From: Promethearchaeota archaeon | GTDB lineage: Archaea; Asgardarchaeota; Lokiarchaeia; Sigyniarchaeales; SOKP01 | Reading direction: 5' to 3' | Length of the DNA: 64,000 nucleotides | Assembly (NCBI GenBank): GCA_019058365.1 | Contig: JAHPZE010000003.1 | Coordinates: 128,001-192,000 of the forward strand | Part shown: one piece after another, positions 60,959 to 64,000 of the stretch | Layout of the letters: every line of letters begins with the position of its first letter | Position numbering within the stretch: position 1 is the stretch's first letter | The notes under the pieces: generated by a model | What the model was told of the DNA's origin: nothing | The model's input: the letters and a program-made list of their open reading frames with translations, nothing else | The model's database searches: none | Position numbers and translations under genes: made by a program

Positions 60959-61102
60959 TCACCCATTCCTTTGTTTTACATCATTATTTTGAAAAGAGTC
61001 AATAACTCCACCACAGATAGGGCAATAATTATATTGTGAATCTATTTCTACACACATTCTACAAGATGGGCATCTTATGTATATAATTTTATGAAAATAC
61101 AT
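60959..61102 (-). CDS. 47-aa Zn-ribbon microprotein (not in ORF track)
   Basis: MYFHKIIYIRCPSCRMCVEIDSQYNYCPICGGVIDSFQNNDVKQRNG*. Confidence 0.55.
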   Translation of the reverse strand: MYFHKIIYIRCPSCRMCVEIDSQYNYCPICGGVIDSFQNNDVKQRNG

Positions 61103-61215
61103 GAAAAATAGTCTATAATCCTCTATTTAAATTCCTACATATTTTTCAAGGTCATAAAATTTAAACATCATATAAGATATTTTTTTAAGTATAAGACATT
61201 TGATAGAGAAAAAAT

Positions 61216-61290
61216 GGACCTATAGCCTAGCCTGGATAGGGCGTCGGACTTCTAATCCGAAAGTCGCAGGTTCGAATCCTGCTAGGTCCG
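61216..61290 (+). tRNA. tRNA-Arg(TCT), intronless
   Basis: GGACCTA/TAGGTCC acceptor; TCGGA-CTTCTAA-TCCGA arm; GGTTCGAATC. Confidence 0.97.
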
Positions 61291-61293
61291 CTC

Positions 61294-62451
61294 TTATTTT
61301 GATGCTTTTATTTTTAAATCAACAACAACTAATTCAGATTTTGGTGAATAATGCTTTACAATTTTAGAATTAATAATAGACTCAATTTCCCAATTAAATC
61401 GAGTTAATTGTTCCTCAAGATTCTTTAAAGATCTCTCTCTAGGGTTTGGTTTTTCTGAGAATTGATAAAAATGTAAGATCCCACCAGATTCTTTCATTAA
61501 AAAAGTAGCAATATCTAAATATTTGATTGAGTCTTCGGGTAAATTCATGATTATCCTACTTGCTCTATTGTATAGAAGTTGACCTAATTGGTTTTTTGGT
61601 TCAATAAGATCTTTAACATCAATGTTGTTGGGGATAATTCTTCCCTTTAGGTTATTTAACTCGACATTATCTTTCAGATATTGATAAGCATTAGGGTTAA
61701 TATCAAAGGCATAAATTTTGACATTTTTTTCTTTAGCAATTTGAATAGAGAAAGTTCCAACACCAGCAAACATGTCAACAATTATCTCGTCTTCTTGTAT
61801 CTCAGTTGAAGCAATCCTTCTACGTTCGAAAACTAATCTTGGAGAGAAGTATGTATTTTTAACATCAACTTTAAAAATGCAATCATTTTCTTTATGAATT
61901 GTCTTAGAAATATCATCACCATATAAGACCTCTAATTCTCGTAAGCGATATTTTCCTTTTATTTGACTTTTTTTCTCATAAACAGTTTCAACATTTTTAT
62001 TTACACTTGATATTACTTCAGCAATTTTCTGTTTGTAATTATTGAATATTTTGTTATTTATATTATTTAACTTATCAAACTCAATAATAGCTATATGTCC
62101 AACAATATCATATGATTTTGGAATAAATTCTGAATATTTATCAGGTATTTTACCTTCTAATGCTTTCTGAAGGGTTCTATATTTATAATTTTCATTGGGG
62201 AGTCCTTCTTTGGAAATTATTTCAAAATTAATTTCTTTATCTACTAATAAAATTACTTTATCGATTAAATCTTGGTCATTTACTATTGGAAATAATATAT
62301 TGTCATTCTCATGTAAAATTTTAAATTTTTGGTCAATAAATTGGGTATTCTTAAACTTATTTCTTAAAAAGTTAATGAAGGTTTGACCATCTTTCATTTT
62401 TAACTTAATAAATAAGATCTCAGCTTGGCTATTGTTTCCCATTTCTCTCAT
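61294..62451 (-). CDS. trm5: Trm5-family tRNA (guanine-37-N1) methyltransferase
   Basis: SYDIVGHIAI, HKEN, YFSPRL..ERRRI, DMFAGVG, RIIMNLP. Confidence 0.93.
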   Translation of the reverse strand: MREMGNNSQAEILFIKLKMKDGQTFINFLRNKFKNTQFIDQKFKILHENDNILFPIVNDQDLIDKVILLVDKEINFEIISKEGLPNENYKYRTLQKALEGKIPDKYSEFIPKSYDIVGHIAIIEFDKLNNINNKIFNNYKQKIAEVISSVNKNVETVYEKKSQIKGKYRLRELEVLYGDDISKTIHKENDCIFKVDVKNTYFSPRLVFERRRIASTEIQEDEIIVDMFAGVGTFSIQIAKEKNVKIYAFDINPNAYQYLKDNVELNNLKGRIIPNNIDVKDLIEPKNQLGQLLYNRASRIIMNLPEDSIKYLDIATFLMKESGGILHFYQFSEKPNPRERSLKNLEEQLTRFNWEIESIINSKIVKHYSPKSELVVVDLKIKASK

Positions 62452-62875
62452 TTATTTCAAATATGATTGATAATTTATTTCCAGGAACTTTTAGCTTTTC
62501 GATTAATTCACGTTTTATATCCTCGGAAGATTTCGTACAATTTATAAGAACTGTTCTATCACAAATAAATGTGCTTTTACGAAAAACCATCTCATTTTTA
62601 TCCAATAATCTTAATTCTTTACTTCCAAAACCATAAAAAGAATCTTGAAGATCTTCTAGTCTTAAAGTGATTTTTATTTTGCTTTCCTCTTGTATTTTTT
62701 TTTTCAAAATGCTATTTAAATCAAAACAAGCTTTTGAGGCATTACTTCCTATGATACAGTTTCCTTTCTTAGTCAAGCTCTTTTCTTTTGTAATTTCTAT
62801 AGTTGTACTATGTGTGCAGAGAATATTTTCGTGTCCATAGGCAGAAATCTTTTCTAATATCGCCATATATTTCAT
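62429..62875 (-). CDS. DUF371 family protein
   Basis: GHENILCTHSTTIEITKEKSLTKKGNCIIG, MVFRKS.FIC.RT. Confidence 0.88.
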   Translation of the reverse strand: MKYMAILEKISAYGHENILCTHSTTIEITKEKSLTKKGNCIIGSNASKACFDLNSILKKKIQEESKIKITLRLEDLQDSFYGFGSKELRLLDKNEMVFRKSTFICDRTVLINCTKSSEDIKRELIEKLKVPGNKLSIIFEINERNGKQ

Positions 62876-64000
62876 TCATCTCTAAAAAATTGTAGTAAAT
62901 CGTTTAAATTAGTAAAAGCCGAATAGTTTGATAGAAATTTAGATTTTAAGATAGGTTCTAATCCATGAATTGGATTAATAGTCTCAAATTCTATAACTTC
63001 ATTAAATTGATTTATGTAGGTCTTGGGAATTAATACTCCACATTTATAATACTTGCTATAATTTTGATTAATGAAAATATTTGACTTCTTAACCGAATTC
63101 TTATAAAGTTCATCATCCTCTTCGGAGACTGATGTTGATTCAAATTGTCCCATCGGATATGTGTTTATTAATTCAAGTGGAATTATTCCAAAATAAAAAG
63201 AATTAAATACAATATGTATGTCTTTAACAGGGATTTTTGTATTATCCTTTATCTCTTTAAGCCAATTTTGGATTGTTGGAGAATTTTCTCCTCTAGCATC
63301 TAATTCTGGTAATATTATTAAAAACATTACATTTTCTGGAACCCGATAATTGATATTAATCCTTTTCTCATATCTGCTAAACAAAGGTCTGTAAATATCT
63401 TCAGGAGAAACAAACATTCTCCCATGCTTCTTATAAACTTTTTCACAGTGTTCAAATGTTAGAGTTTCATTTTTTAAGATACGTGCTGCTTTAACTAAAT
63501 TGGGATGTGCTCGTATACGTTGATTAACAAGTTCCCACAAATTCCCCTCTCTTATTGCTTGTCTAATTGTTTTTAGCTCAGAAAAAGAAATATATAAGTT
63601 ATGTTCTGCTAAGAGTTTAATTCGCAAATTATCATCAAATTTCCTCAGTTCATTTGGGTTAAATTTTGCACAAATTGGGCAGTGACATGGAAATTCTTCT
63701 AAATCATCAAGGTTTTTAGTACCTGTAGATACTGTAAAATATCTATTCTCTTTAGCGAATAAGATATACGCAGCAGAATCCATTAAATCGCAACCGCATG
63801 CTATAGCTAAAGAAAAAAACTGTGGTAATCCTAACCCAAACATATGTAACGGTTTATTTGGGTTTACAATTTTTTTCACATTCAATAAAATTTGAAGAGC
63901 TACATCAAACCTATAATCGAGAAAAGATTTTACTAATCCCCCTATCGCATAGACACCAAAATCTAGTTTATTCATTTCATTAATACATCTTGTTAGAAGA
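62872..64000 (-). CDS. tgtA: Archaeosine tRNA-guanine(15) transglycosylase (5' part outside the window)
   Basis: AIGG, PLHMFGLG, GCDLMDSAAY, PCHCPIC, LAEHNL, IRQAIREGNLWELV..R.RAHP. Confidence 0.93.
   Translation of the reverse strand, partial: LLTRCINEMNKLDFGVYAIGGLVKSFLDYRFDVALQILLNVKKIVNPNKPLHMFGLGLPQFFSLAIACGCDLMDSAAYILFAKENRYFTVSTGTKNLDDLEEFPCHCPICAKFNPNELRKFDDNLRIKLLAEHNLYISFSELKTIRQAIREGNLWELVNQRIRAHPNLVKAARILKNETLTFEHCEKVYKKHGRMFVSPEDIYRPLFSRYEKRININYRVPENVMFLIILPELDARGENSPTIQNWLKEIKDNTKIPVKDIHIVFNSFYFGIIPLELINTYPMGQFESTSVSEEDDELYKNSVKKSNIFINQNYSKYYKCGVLIPKTYINQFNEVIEFETINPIHGLEPILKSKFLSNYSAFTNLNDLLQFFRDE

Overview
This is an AT-rich chromosomal segment of an Asgard archaeon, most consistent with Lokiarchaeia/Promethearchaeota. 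The assignment rests on an archaeal 16S rRNA gene, class I LysRS, thermosome, TFB and Cdc6/Orc1, together with Rab-like and MglA-like GTPases and double-roadblock proteins. The backbone holds translation and tRNA-modification genes, a 16S-tRNA-Ala unit with no 23S, six tRNA genes (five with non-canonical introns, one of them with three) and a dispersed Tad/Flp pilus system. The main novelty is two accessory loci with the same layout: a ~1,210-aa multi-Lrp/AsnC-like protein transcribed divergently from a tiny unannotated peptide gene that is followed by a RiPP-type modifying enzyme. Locus 1 (6249-12230) has a B12-dependent radical SAM enzyme flanked by two paralogous secreted-peptide genes. Locus 2 (53616-60857) has a stand-alone YcaO, a 46-aa precursor with three FxxPHGxxGxP cassettes and an MFS transporter. 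This may be an undescribed archaeal modified-peptide signalling or RiPP system. Other notable items are an aIF1/SUI1 gene with no ATG/GTG/TTG start (probably AUU), a histidine-free gamma-carbonic-anhydrase-fold protein resembling dynactin p25/p27, and a prepilin peptidase split at a T13 tract. All family calls come from motif recognition by eye; no searches were run.
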